A DNA stretch of 62,715 bases, filler included, from Globobulimina sp. (Eukaryota), in assembly GCA_003354225.1 (NCBI GenBank). It is 47 parts of 47 records of this genome, joined end to end, with 100 filler letters (N's around TTAATTAATTAA, not from the genome) between each part and the next. Parts side by side here need not be neighbours in the genome. Positions count along the whole stretch, not along the records: positions 24,067 to 25,303 come from PIVH01020378.1; positions 25,404 to 26,640 come from PIVH01020379.1; positions 26,741 to 27,977 come from PIVH01020380.1; positions 28,078 to 29,314 come from PIVH01020381.1; positions 29,415 to 30,651 come from PIVH01020382.1; positions 30,752 to 31,988 come from PIVH01020383.1; positions 32,089 to 33,325 come from PIVH01020384.1; positions 33,426 to 34,662 come from PIVH01020385.1; 39 more parts are not named here. One strand, written 5' to 3'. The notes under the pieces are model-generated. The model did not search any database and was not told the DNA's origin. It saw only the letters and a program-made list of their open reading frames with translations. Below are positions 24,067 to 35,569 of this stretch, piece after piece. A program made the translations under genes and the position numbers. Every line of letters begins with the position of its first letter. The first letter of the stretch is position 1.

Positions 24067-24645
24067 TTCAAAGTATTTGAAACAAAAAAATAAGGGAAGC
24101 AAGGACATGACCGCGAGTATGGAAGGGGTCAGACCGTCAAATAAAAAGTGTTTTAGGATTTGGACAAAGTTCATCATTAAGAGAGCAATGAATAAAACAG
24201 ACAGAAATATTAAAATATAAAATGGCCGCTTGGTTTTGCGTAACAGATTAAAATTGAAATCGTTTTCGTTTTCCATTTTTTTGCTGTGTTGTAAGGAGTT
24301 CGTTGATTGCAATTTGCATTCAATATCATCGTCGTATATAATATCATAGATTTCAATTTGCGAAATTGGCGAAAATGCACAGATTTTGTCCTTTTTAGTG
24401 TGACCACGGCCGTTTTTGTGAGATTTTTTGTTTTTGTTTTTAGACTCTTTTCGACGGGATTTAGGATGCGGTTTGTTGTGATTCGGTTGGATGGTTGGTG
24501 TGGATGAAGCGATTGGGGCTATATCAAGTTTTGGCGTAATTTCACCATTTCTTTCAATAACAACCGATATGTTGTCTTGAATTGGTAGCCGTGCGAGAGA
24601 TAATTCCATGGAACTACTAGTTTGACGGTGATGTGATGAAGCCAT
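24067..24645 (-). CDS. Multi-pass membrane protein, N-terminal part
   Basis: Long cytoplasmic N-terminus followed by two hydrophobic helices before the contig edge. Confidence 0.55.
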
Positions 24646-24696
24646 GATTATATGTTGCAAGTTTTTTTATTTATTAACTTCAAAATCCTTACGGAA

Positions 24697-25303
24697 ATGA
24701 GTTCGCATAGATTGAGAAGGCAAAGCAGTTTACATCATCGCACAAATGATACCGTAAAATTTAAGACAGATTTACAAAAACAATGTTTGTTAAACTGTTG
24801 TGAGGAAAGAAAATGGGTTTTAACGGAGAGTGGAGATGATTGGAATATATACTGGGCCAACGTTGGCAAAATCCGAAAAATATTCAATTTAGAATGTGGA
24901 ATGAGACTGCGAGACGACCAAATTGTAAATCACTATCCAAATCATTATGAACTAACCCGTAAAGATTTGATGGTTAAAAACGTAAAAAGGTATAAAAAAC
25001 AGTTAGACAAACAAGGAAATAAAGCAATATCTTCGTTAATCGATTTTGTGCCAATTTCATACAATTTGCCCGCCGATTATCCGATTTTCGAACAAGAATT
25101 CAAAAAACAACTGATTCATAAACGGTCATTATCGGAAATACAAATTAATAGTTTTAATAACAGACAAAGAGGCACCAAATGGATATTAAAACCAGCATCG
25201 CGCGCACAGGGAAGCGGCATTTTTATTATTAACCGGTTGTCGCAACTAAAGAAATGGACAAATTCTTCCAAATATAATAGCAACGAAACCTATGTCATCG
25301 CAA
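24697..25303 (+). CDS. TTLL1: Tubulin polyglutamylase TTLL1-like, N-terminal part
   Basis: WNIYW, VNHYPNHYELTRKDLMVKNVKRY, DFVP.SY.LPADY, WILKP...AQG.GIFIINRLSQLKKW. Confidence 0.88.
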
Positions 25304-25403
25304 NNNNNNNNNNNNNNNNNNNNNNNNNNNNNNNNNNNNNNNNNNNNTTAATTAATTAANNNNNNNNNNNNNNNNNNNNNNNNNNNNNNNNNNNNNNNNN
25401 NNN

Positions 25404-26245
25404 TGTTTATTGAAATTGTAAATGGACTGTCGCAAAATCAGATTGTTTTTGAATTGAAAGTACCAAACAATGAAATTGGTGATGGTGGAGTTGCTGCGTT
25501 GAGCCACAAAGTATTATTGAATCCCAACACGAATTTGATGCGTTTGGATTTGAGGAATAATTATGTGACAAGGAAAGGGGCGGAATGTCTCTCCAACGCA
25601 TTAGCTGTGAATTGGACCATTGTCGAACTCGATTTGTCATCGCAGTATGAACAGAAATTCGATGATGAAGCTGTCAATTTGTTATGTAAAGGATTGGAAA
25701 GAAACGAATCTTTGTATTGCTTTCGCTGCGGAGATAACAGTTTGACTTCGACTGCTTGTTATGGCTTCGGTCAATTATTAAAATACCATCCAAATTTAGC
25801 CAAATTGGAACTATTTAATAATAAACAAATCGGAGCTGCTGGCTTTAGATTGTTGGGAGAAGGCTTGGCTCAAAACTCAAGGATAAGACTGTTGAATTTA
25901 GGCGGAACATCTCCGGGAGACGAAGGCGGAATGGATTTAAGCAAAGCTTTGAGGAAACAGTATAAAACTACAACCACTTTAATTGCCGAAACAAAACAGA
26001 GTTTATCAGATTGCGGTGCTATAAAAGCGGCAATAACAGAAAACAAAGAAAAGGGAAATTCGATTGCTGTGTTTAGTGCGGACTTAATCGATGCGATTGT
26101 TGCCGTATTTGTGGGTTATACCATTTTAGAAAAATTGGACATCAAAAATTGTTATCAGGAGCTTCATGCTCGAGGCGCAGACTGGTTGATTGCGGTTAGA
26201 CATGTTTGGGAAAAGGATGGCCATAATTTAGACATAACTTGGTAA
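25404..26245 (+). CDS. Ribonuclease-inhibitor-like leucine-rich repeat protein, C-terminal part
   Basis: About 28-aa LRRs (NEIGDGGVAAL, LDLRNNYVT..GAECL..AL..N, LELFNN..IG..G...L...L..N). Confidence 0.88.
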
Positions 26246-26740
26246 ATATCACAATTTTCTGAACTTTAACATCAAGAAAGTTGTAGAAATAGCCATAAAT
26301 TAAAAGCTCTTCGGAAAAATATTGTTGCTGCAGATCGTTGCTGTTGTTTACCAAAATCTTTCCAATTCGCAGTTGAATATTGCAATGGATTCATCCCATT
26401 TGAAGATTCGTTCAATGTATATCTAATATCATTTATCTCTGTATATTCTTGTTTTTTTTTCGATGGTCTAAGCCTATGAGAGTTTTAAATTTAATTACAC
26501 ACAGTTTTAAATTTTATAAGCTATTACTATTTTCGAAACGGTGTGGTATTTTTTTTTTGCAAATAATGCAAATTTACCAATTTTCCTAAAAACTCGAATT
26601 TCCGAATATTTCAAAAATGAGCAATTTTGCTAAAATGCAANNNNNNNNNNNNNNNNNNNNNNNNNNNNNNNNNNNNNNNNNNNNTTAATTAATTAANNNN
26701 NNNNNNNNNNNNNNNNNNNNNNNNNNNNNNNNNNNNNNNN

Positions 26741-26841
26741 ACTCCATCGACGCTTACTTGCAACTTTTGTCTGTTAAATATATTTAGTTGAGGTACGTTG
26801 ACCAAAGGCTGAACGTCGATTCTAGTTTTTTTGTTAGGCAT
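26741..26841 (-). CDS. Polinton-like major capsid protein, extreme N-terminus; not in ORF track
   Basis: ATG 2 nt after the core-gene stop. MPNKKTRIDVQPLVNVPQLNIFNRQKLQVSVDG resembles the MCP N-terminal xELDLFxxPxTQxSIxxG motif. Only 33 codons are visible. Confidence 0.55.
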
Positions 26842-26843
26842 CT

Positions 26844-27224
26844 TTACATTTGCAAAACCAATTTTAACAGTTGTTCTTTAAAGTTTCCTTTTTGTTTGCT
26901 ATACTTCTTCCTCTGATTCTTCTTAACAGCTTTTTTCCCACCTTTTGCTTTCGATTTAGACTTACCCCCATTCGATTTACTCTTTTTCTTTTTTATACCT
27001 CCAATCTTCCGCTTAGGTTTTTTTATTTTTCTTTTCTTTTTTCTCGGAAACGGAATAGACTCCAATGTCCTAACTGCACCACTGCCGCCGTCACTGGTTC
27101 CACAATCAAGTTCTCCTCCTCCTCCTATTGTATAGTTATTGTTTTTATTAAAAAGATTACGATATTTTTTAAGGAAATCCGTTTGCACACCCGAACCGCC
27201 GACCGACGACGACTCCTCCATCAT
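26844..27224 (-). CDS. Lys-rich, Gly-Gly-containing putative virion core (pVII/PZ-like) protein
   Basis: VGGSG, IGGGG (fits adenain (M/I/L)xGG cleavage consensus) and DGGSG, then a very basic half; lies between penton and MCP. Confidence 0.55.
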   Translation of the reverse strand: MMEESSSVGGSGVQTDFLKKYRNLFNKNNNYTIGGGGELDCGTSDGGSGAVRTLESIPFPRKKKRKIKKPKRKIGGIKKKKSKSNGGKSKSKAKGGKKAVKKNQRKKYSKQKGNFKEQLLKLVLQM

Positions 27225-27285
27225 ACATAACGAAACAATGAATATGAGTCATCACTTTTATTCGCACTAACAAACAAACAACGAT

Positions 27286-27977
27286 TTACACAAAACACAG
27301 CTGATCACGTTCCAGCTCTAGATCAATAACGCAACCTCCACAGTTGCGTAATAATTGTAAAGGCGTTTTCATGTCCGAACAGAGAAAGTAAAAATCGATG
27401 GCGTGCAATCGCCTGCCAGGTACATTTAACCATCGCTTGTTGTCAAAAAATATGGTCGTCTGACATCCGTTGTCTTCCAGAGTACTCGGATCGGGTACAT
27501 TTATTTGGTGTAACAATGACAGTTCTCCTACTGGGGTCCAGCAAGGATCGGTCAAACAATGACTGCAAAGGTAGAGGGGTCGAAATTGCGCGTATATATC
27601 GCACACTCGCTCTGCGTCGTGAGTTCCTTTGTCATATTCTTGGTTCGGGTCGAAACCCAGTATATCTGCCAACTTCTGAGAGAATTTCACATTCATGTCT
27701 CGACCAATTTTCATACGGACTCGTTGTTTCTTATCCAAAAGCTTCTTGTCGAAACTGACACCACGGGGTGCTTCATCGTCCAGTCTCATCAACAAATAAT
27801 CGATCTTCGAATAGTGCCCGGGGGCGATGGTATAATTCTTGTTAACCTCGTCGTCTTCGTCTCGATAGTAGACCAAACACTCGTCATTTATATTCAGAGG
27901 GGAAAAGTCTAGGGAGACCGATAGCACATTTACTCTAAATTGGGCTTCTTGAGGAACCAAAAGTATGCTGGCGGGGA
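27286..27977 (-). CDS. Polinton-like minor capsid protein (penton), 5'-partial
   Basis: PASILL...FRVNVLSV, IAPGHYSKID.L, KLADILGF, D.....LYL, LLHQINV, F....W.NV....L..IDF, ending VIDLEL. This resembles the Polinton penton pattern (IPxGxY, LxxILGF, LYxYxD, PLLRxV). Confidence 0.75.
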
Positions 27978-28492
27978 NNNNNNNNNNNNNNNNNNNNNNN
28001 NNNNNNNNNNNNNNNNNNNNNTTAATTAATTAANNNNNNNNNNNNNNNNNNNNNNNNNNNNNNNNNNNNNNNNNNNNCAATGAGTTAATAGGGTACTTTA
28101 CCGAGACGCCGCGTTCGTTCCCCAGACACATATACTAGTATCTAAATATTATTATTATGTTTTTTGATTATATGGCATATTATGCTGCACATATACTGAA
28201 CTTTGAGCACCCATAGCTTTTATAAACGTGTATAAAATGAAAAACAAGACCATGATTACACTACCGGCATGTTTTGAGAGTCACTACTTTTATTACAATT
28301 ACAAAACAAGAGGAAACAATTTGGAATCGATGGGAATTGTAAATTAAAGAAATATTCAATAAAATTGAATGCTAACAAATCAAAATCTAACTAAATGTAG
28401 ACATTGTAAAAAAGAATTAATCAGAAAAGGAATTATTAAATAAATACAAAGAGAAAGTATATTAGAAAACCGTAATAAAGGGAAAAAATATA

Positions 28493-29314
28493 TTATTCAT
28501 ATATATCTGTACATGGTTTCTTGAAACGTCCTTCTAATTCGATAACCACGTTCGCAAAATTTTTATTTGCTGTCTCGTCAGTCTCGACCACTTCGCTGAT
28601 TTCAGGAACTTCATCCTCCGATTTATCATTATTTTTGGCAATATATCGTTTATATAAAATCCACAAAATACAAACCGCAATAATTGAACAGCCGATACTA
28701 ACAAAAACAATTATTTGTTTAACACCATTTTTTGGAGAATCTAACTCAGTATCAAATGCCTCGCCACTTCCAACAAGATCAAAACTGTCAGGATATACAA
28801 ATGAATTATCAAACGTTGCACCATCACCACAACAGATAATCAACTCGACGGTCAACCGTTGCTTGGATTTTCTATGCGTAAAATCATACGCATAATTCAA
28901 TGCATTTGGATCGCTGCCACAATGCTCATAACTTGGGTCATCCAAAAAAGTTTCTAATGTAGTCTCCAAATACATTGCTCCATGTTTCCGTTCTTTAAAC
29001 CCAGAAACCTGTTTATAAATCTCTTGATAATTAATGATACTCTCACAGGATATCAATGGAACTGATGTTGCAGTTGTAGTGATAATTTCTGTGATTACAG
29101 TTGATGTTGGTGCTGGAGTTGGAGTTGTGCAGTCACCATAATATGTTTTTGCGTCAGTAATATGTTGCTGGCCACCAACCCAACATTGCCAATTACCATT
29201 ACAATCAGCAATATCTGGCGTAAATTCAGACACTGAACATTCACAATAAACACCTGATCCATCTATATCGGTACTAATCTGCCAGGAATGATCCAAAATG
29301 TCCCAAAATAACAC
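28493..29314 (-). CDS. Type I membrane protein with two Cys-containing extracellular domains, 5'-partial
   Basis: W/C-rich domain, PT linker, ICCGDG domain, then TM IIVFVSIGCSIIAVCILWILY. Confidence 0.75.
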   Translation of the reverse strand: MLFWDILDHSWQISTDIDGSGVYCECSVSEFTPDIADCNGNWQCWVGGQQHITDAKTYYGDCTTPTPAPTSTVITEIITTTATSVPLISCESIINYQEIYKQVSGFKERKHGAMYLETTLETFLDDPSYEHCGSDPNALNYAYDFTHRKSKQRLTVELIICCGDGATFDNSFVYPDSFDLVGSGEAFDTELDSPKNGVKQIIVFVSIGCSIIAVCILWILYKRYIAKNNDKSEDEVPEISEVVETDETANKNFANVVIELEGRFKKPCTDIYE

Positions 29315-29737
29315 NNNNNNNNNNNNNNNNNNNNNNNNNNNNNNNNNNNNNNNNNNNNTTAATTAATTAANNNNNNNNNNNNNNNNNNNNNNNNNNNNNN
29401 NNNNNNNNNNNNNNTTGACAAACGGGAGAAATGAATTTAAATTAATAATATTAAATTTATTTAATTGGTAGAAATAAACCAATCAATAATATTATTTTAT
29501 GATACAATAATACATAAAATATAAATAAAACCCCGTTACCCGTAGGCTAAAATTTTTGCTTTATAAAACCTGTGGCCGTTAAGGGAATTTATAAAGGAGC
29601 CTTGCGGAGATAAAAATTTTTGAGAAGGGAACAGAAACCAAACTCAAAAACTAATCAACAACAATGACAACTTACTAATATAGTCAACGACAAAGACATT
29701 AAATGATTTAAAACATAGAGACATAATTTGTATGAAA

Positions 29738-30651
29738 CTACCAATGTTTATATTCGACGCTATTTGCCCATGGATCGTATATTCCGCCTATATTTTGATT
29801 ACGATGTAAAGTATTTAATCCATTATAATTATATCCATGGATTAATTCTTTAATAAATGTTGCTAACATTATTTCAGTGTAACACATATATCTGTAAGAT
29901 ACATGTGGTAAATTGTTGGGTTTCCAACCAACATATTTTAATATTTTAGGATGTGGTATGTGATTATTACTGCCAAGGGAAGAACCGCCAATTCTGAAGG
30001 CATAAGAGGTATATCTCTCAGGTTCTGATATTCTGGCAATTATAGTAATCTCTTTTGCTATTTCACCTAAGTCCGAGACTACTGCATCTTTATTGTTTTT
30101 GAAAAATATTTATTCTGTAATGCATATTTATAAGTTCTATCTAAATAAATACTTAATAATAAATAGGGATTTATGTAGTTGCAGGGACAATGTTTATTGG
30201 TATTTGTAATATATTTATTACCACATCGGGAATCGCCAATTATTACTTTTTTTATTATACTTTTAAATTTTTGATTTTTGTATGAAACTACCATTAATTT
30301 AAAGTACCAATCTAATTTATTCGGAGCTGTATTTATATGGAAAATATTTTCTAACTTAACTCCGAATTTGGATTTGCTCGATTTATTTAGTAATAATTCG
30401 CATGGTCTTGACATTGTGCAAAAGTAAATTTGTGCAATTAATACTTTTAATAATTTATCAATATCAATTGAAGCCAAATGAGTTCCATATGCTTTATATA
30501 ATTTTGTATATTTTATTAAATGGGATAATTCGAATGGGAGTCTGCTTTCAGCCTCTTTCCAGTATTCAATTTTTAGTCCTTTCTTAAAATCATCAAAATC
30601 TATGTCTGTTTTCCATTCGGTATTACCACCGCATAGTTTGCACAACCAAAT
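29738..30651 (-). mobile_element. DIRS/Ngaro-like tyrosine recombinase gene, frameshifted, 5'-partial
   Basis: SRPCELL (catalytic R), SYKN (K). Adding 1 nt at the A5 run 30102-30106 gives ...PERYTSYAFRIGG (HxxR equivalent), YVGW and VSYRY (catalytic Y), with TAG at 29738. Confidence 0.8.
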
Positions 30652-30751
30652 NNNNNNNNNNNNNNNNNNNNNNNNNNNNNNNNNNNNNNNNNNNNTTAAT
30701 TAATTAANNNNNNNNNNNNNNNNNNNNNNNNNNNNNNNNNNNNNNNNNNNN

Positions 30752-31016
30752 TCGATTCCGAATTAATTTGCTCATTATTCTCTTTGCAACACAATAATTG
30801 GTAATATCGTAAGCCATATGCTATCCGTAATAAGTGATCGCAATTTTTGATGATTTCCTTGCTGTTCTTATGTATATTACACTTTGTTGTGTTTGTTTTA
30901 AATATTTGAAAATCAAGGTCCATTTTTTGTTGTTGGTGTGGTAATATTGATTGTTGCTGTTGCTGATCAGCTAATTGCTTTTGGACAACAGATGCTTTTT
31001 TATTTTGATTACCCAT
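30752..31016 (-). CDS. Lineage-specific family protein N-terminus (possibly myristoylated, MGN...), paralog of 3155-3652
   Basis: KCNIHKNSKEIIKNCDHLLRIAYGLRYY versus NCNHKK...IIRNCQHLQRLSFALKYY. Confidence 0.6.
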
Positions 31017-31627
31017 AGTAAATGCAACCAAATGCTAGTGATGTATGTGGTGATTATTGATGTTTTAAAGTAAGAGAGAAGTTTTGTTTAGTAAATCAAT
31101 CAAAGATGAAAGCAAAACCAAAACCAAAATCACGTATCCGTTCATCATCATCATCATCGTTAAAAATCATCGTTAGAGCTTAAGAGGATATGAATTTTAA
31201 ACTTTGTTTGCGATTGTGATAATACGTTATTGTGATGAATTGTTATTGGTTTGTTTGTTTGTATTTCATTAAAATACTGCATATTAAACAAACAATACTG
31301 CATAAACAAACACTGTGCATCAAACAGCGCATATTATAAACTAAATATTTGCATGTTATATTATGTGTGTTAGGAGTAGCTCTTAAGTTATTTAGACACA
31401 AGGGTTGTTTTTGATGTATATTGTATTTGTATATTATTATTTGTATATATTGATGTATACTGTATTGTACAATGTATAATTGACTTTTTAGGTTCACACT
31501 TCTAAACACTTCTTTTGTGATTGGCAAGGTTTTTGGGTTAGCTAGAGTGGTTTTCAACCTAGATCATCCATCAAATATAACATTAAAAATTGTAAAGCTT
31601 AACAACTACCAAATTAATATTATATAG

Positions 31628-31988
31628 TTACATTAACGAAAGTTTAGGTTTATTCCTTTCCATACTTTTTACATATTTAGCATCCTTACAAAACACATAA
31701 ACATTAATACCAACAGCCGCCGCCAATATGAATGACACAAAAGAATTTGAACCCAGCAACCAATGATATTTGTCATTGTCATTCGTTTCCAATCCACATT
31801 GCTTTCTTAGTATTTGCACCGTAACATACCACAATAAACTCAAAGTAATCTCTATTCTGCGGCCTTTTGGCTCACTCAAAATATTATATCTCCCAACAAT
31901 TGCAATCAGAGACATTAGCAAATATATATTCTTTTCATTGCAGCATTCAAACTTAGAATCATTTTTTGTGCCCATTATGTTATCCATG
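31628..31988 (-). CDS. Multi-pass membrane protein, C-terminal part
   Basis: Three hydrophobic segments; open to the contig edge. Confidence 0.45.
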
Positions 31989-32088
31989 NNNNNNNNNNNN
32001 NNNNNNNNNNNNNNNNNNNNNNNNNNNNNNNNTTAATTAATTAANNNNNNNNNNNNNNNNNNNNNNNNNNNNNNNNNNNNNNNNNNNN

Positions 32089-33267
32089 AATCCATACATC
32101 GAAGTATAAGATACCAAATTGAATCAACACTGTTAAATACGAGCGGATTAAACCAAAAATGGATATATTTACATGAATTCCTAACCGCTTTATCAATCGC
32201 ATCCGTATTACACCACAAACAATGCATAAAAATAATAAAATGGAATCCAACATAATGCCAACAATTAATACAACATTATCTTTGCAGTGCAAATCACACA
32301 TAAAATACATTAATATCAATCGCGGCGTTTGAATGCAAATTAGTATTAACATCATAAAACGATAAAATAATTTGGCATATTTCAGATAATTTTTGATAAA
32401 CTTTAATTTTGGAGTATTTAACACTTGTGATAAAGATGAAAAAGTTGAAGAATTTATTGCGTTTTGTTTGAAATTATCTTGAGCTGAAAGTAAAGGATTT
32501 GAGTTTATTGCCTTTGGAATGACTGTTTCTGTCTCATTTGGGAAATCAAATATATTTCTTGGTGAACTAACTGCTGTTTTCGAGGTAATGTCGGCTTGCG
32601 CGAATCTTAAAACTGCGATGGAAAGAATAAAAACGGAATAGCCAATGCCAAAAAATATTACTTGTGCCGCACTGAAAAATTCCGAGACGATTTTCCTTGG
32701 AGCAACAGCTGATATTCCTACAGTTAGTTTTTTTTGTTTATACAAATATGCGGATTTTAAGATATTATGACCTGTTAACGTTTGGATGGACGCTGAATAG
32801 TTTAATAATATCATAGCAATGTTTCTGTAATTTGCAGATTGAATGAGAACATCGTTTGGATGGTCAAATTGTGCTGGACTGGTTTTGAATATTAACAGGT
32901 AAATATCAGCGCATGCTAATATTTTGGATAAATATAGACAGAAAATGGGCTTTATATCAGTTAAAAAGATATATTTGTGTAATATTTTGCATTGTAAACA
33001 GATTAAAAACCATTCCAAAATTAACAATGATATGATTGTAATATATTCTGATGTTGAAACTTTGTCAGTGTTTTCCTTATAAATATTTATATTGGTTTAT
33101 AGATATAGAATAATTGCAATTGCAGAGATTAATATATGTACTGGTACCTCTTTCAGAAAATCTAATAACGTGACAAAAATCCAATGTATAACAGCTATCG
33201 TTATCAAACAGATTATGTATACATTTTGCCAGATACTGCTTCTAATGTATTTGCCTGCTTTCTCCAT
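32089..33267 (-). pseudogene. Multi-pass (7TM-like) membrane protein gene with one premature TAA at 33097-33099
   Basis: ATG at 33267 is in frame with ORF 33027; a single TAA interrupts an otherwise continuous hydrophobic reading frame. Confidence 0.55.
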
Positions 33268-33571
33268 GATTCAACAACAAAATTTGAACTTCTTAACGAT
33301 ATATTCCATTAGATTACCCCCCCCCNNNNNNNNNNNNNNNNNNNNNNNNNNNNNNNNNNNNNNNNNNNNTTAATTAATTAANNNNNNNNNNNNNNNNNNN
33401 NNNNNNNNNNNNNNNNNNNNNNNNNCAATACGTTCGAAAAAAAAAAAACAAAGTAAAAGAAGAAACAAGAACCGACAAACACAATGGTACCATGAAACAG
33501 TGAATGCACAGCAAATAATAAGTAATAAAAAATAAAAAATTTACGGATAAAATAAAATAATATTATATAAA

Positions 33572-34662
33572 TTACGGCGATGATTCGTCATCACAATCTT
33601 TTAGAACACACGAAAGTGGCTTAGTCCAATCCATTTTTAATTTTGCAGTCCAAAATGTATAGACATTCCTTAGATATCCTTCGTCAAATGATATCATATT
33701 ATTTTCTTTCTCATTTCTATAATGCGTATCATCGCCAATCTCTATGTCCATATCATCCAAATCCACTGCTTCATATTGTTGATGTTTGGGATGTTTGTGT
33801 TTATATTTTGCTTTCCTTTTAGTCTCTTCCTTGACCCATTTCTCCAAAATATGGGGTTTCACCATCTCATACGTCGTCTGATTGGTCGATGACAAATAAC
33901 AATGAAAGCCACACAAACCAATCACGATAAACATCGCAAAAAACATGCAAATAAAAAATAATAATCGGAACACCAAACCTAAGTTCAATTCTGTCTTTTC
34001 ATCCGCTGCCGTTGCGTGATTATGATGCGATATGATATGATGATATTTGTCGTATAAGTCGATGGCGGACAGCTCAAACGACCAAATAATAACAATCGAT
34101 TGCGATAATAAGAAGATTAAAAAATATCTATGATTACGACCTCCGACGCAATTACCAATCATTGGACAGTGATGATCTGTATAATGATAACAAAATATGT
34201 AATGTGTAAATTGTATATTATCTGCATACCGAACTTCCCAATGCAACGATCGCAATCATAGCAGTGTTTGGAACGGATTGGCCGCACAAATTTACACCGC
34301 CAACAGAAATTAAATGGTGCGTTGTTTGGATCGATTAAGATGTTTTTATTCCAGTCTTTGACAGTTATTTTCATGTTTTCATCAGCACTGTCTTCCTCAC
34401 TCTGGGACTTCCCACCAAATAATGTGTGATCACTCTCACTTAATTCAATATGGCCTGAATTGTATAATTAAACAATGTGTTTTAATAAAGATGAAAATGA
34501 CATGCCTGGATTGACTAATGATGTACAAAAATATGAGATGATTGAAATGGTTTGTATTGAATGAAAAATTATGATTTTATAGAAGTAGCCATTATAAATA
34601 TATCCGTTTAATAAAGAGCCATTAAACAGACATAATAAGACAGTGGCGGCCATATTCAAGAT
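33572..34662 (-). CDS. DHHC palmitoyltransferase, 5'-partial; introns 34455-34505 (GC-AG) and 34177-34229
   Basis: Spliced [51 protein letters not shown] and FDEGYLRN. Confidence 0.93.
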
Positions 34663-35009
34663 NNNNNNNNNNNNNNNNNNNNNNNNNNNNNNNNNNNNNN
34701 NNNNNNTTAATTAATTAANNNNNNNNNNNNNNNNNNNNNNNNNNNNNNNNNNNNNNNNNNNNCAAATATATCTTTCTCAATCAATTATACCTTAATTCAA
34801 TGGCATTCACGCAGAGCGTGGAAGCGAGGCAAGTGGCAGTCCTTTTTGTCCATGTAAACATAGCTCAGGACATTTGATGTTAATCATTGATGAAATATCT
34901 ATTCCTATAAACTCTCGGTTCGCTTATTTTTTTCGAGGTTCGTAAAAATTAGACCATTGCTTTGTAATATATAGATTTTGCAAAATATGAGTGTTGGATT
35001 GAAGACGGT

Positions 35010-35396
35010 TTGTATCAGATAGGTTTTTATGGTTTCATTTTTGTTTATGTTGGTGCGACAATCTGCATTTTGTTGTGGCTATTATTGGTCAAATTTAATT
35101 TGGTGGAGTCTGGCGATTCCGGCGCACTCCAAAATGTGCAAAACCGATTGGCTGCTTATTCTTTGTTATTCGTAATTGTGTGGCTCTTCCCGTTGATTGC
35201 AAGGGTGTATGGTATGGTCGGTGTGGAATCACCGCTTACTTTTGTTATTCTGCATCATTTATTGTTGGGAACCCAAGGTTTTGGAAATTGCATCATTTGG
35301 ACTTGTATACCCACCGAGTTTGGTGAAGTTGAGGAGGAGAACGAACATTCTGAGGAGGCTGACAAATTGACCATGTCACTGGTCGAAAAAACATAA
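35010..35396 (+). CDS. GPCR-like (cAMP receptor/Git3-like) 7TM protein, C-terminal exon
   Basis: RLAAYSLLFVIVWLFPLIAR and QGFGNCIIW match TM6/TM7 patterns. Confidence 0.65.
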   Translation: MYQIGFYGFIFVYVGATICILLWLLLVKFNLVESGDSGALQNVQNRLAAYSLLFVIVWLFPLIARVYGMVGVESPLTFVILHHLLLGTQGFGNCIIWTCIPTEFGEVEEENEHSEEADKLTMSLVEKT

Positions 35397-35569
35397 ATTC
35401 AATTGTTCTGTGCCTAGTTTCACATTATATCTTTTTTGCAGACGAGCCCGCGAGAGTTCGCTACTGTACTTTGCCAAGAATACAAAAAATGTGCAAGAAT
35501 ATTAATGCTTTCAATAGTAGTTAAACCAATATTTATTTATATAAAACACGTATATACCCACAATAATTT

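Larger units (their letters stand above)
26741..27977 (-). mobile_element. Polinton/Maverick (adintovirus-like) capsid module fragment
   Basis: Three tightly packed intronless genes in the order penton, basic core protein, major capsid protein. AATAAA at 27257-27262 follows the penton stop. Confidence 0.75.

Noticed and set aside
28078-28140. GC-rich stretch ending in CTAGT as a Helitron 3' end
   Set aside because: No convincing subterminal hairpin and no second copy in the window.
33097-33099. In-frame TAA as evidence of stop-codon reassignment
   Set aside because: TAA, TAG and TGA all terminate well-conserved genes in this window, and long ORFs lack internal TAA; isolated lesions explain it better.
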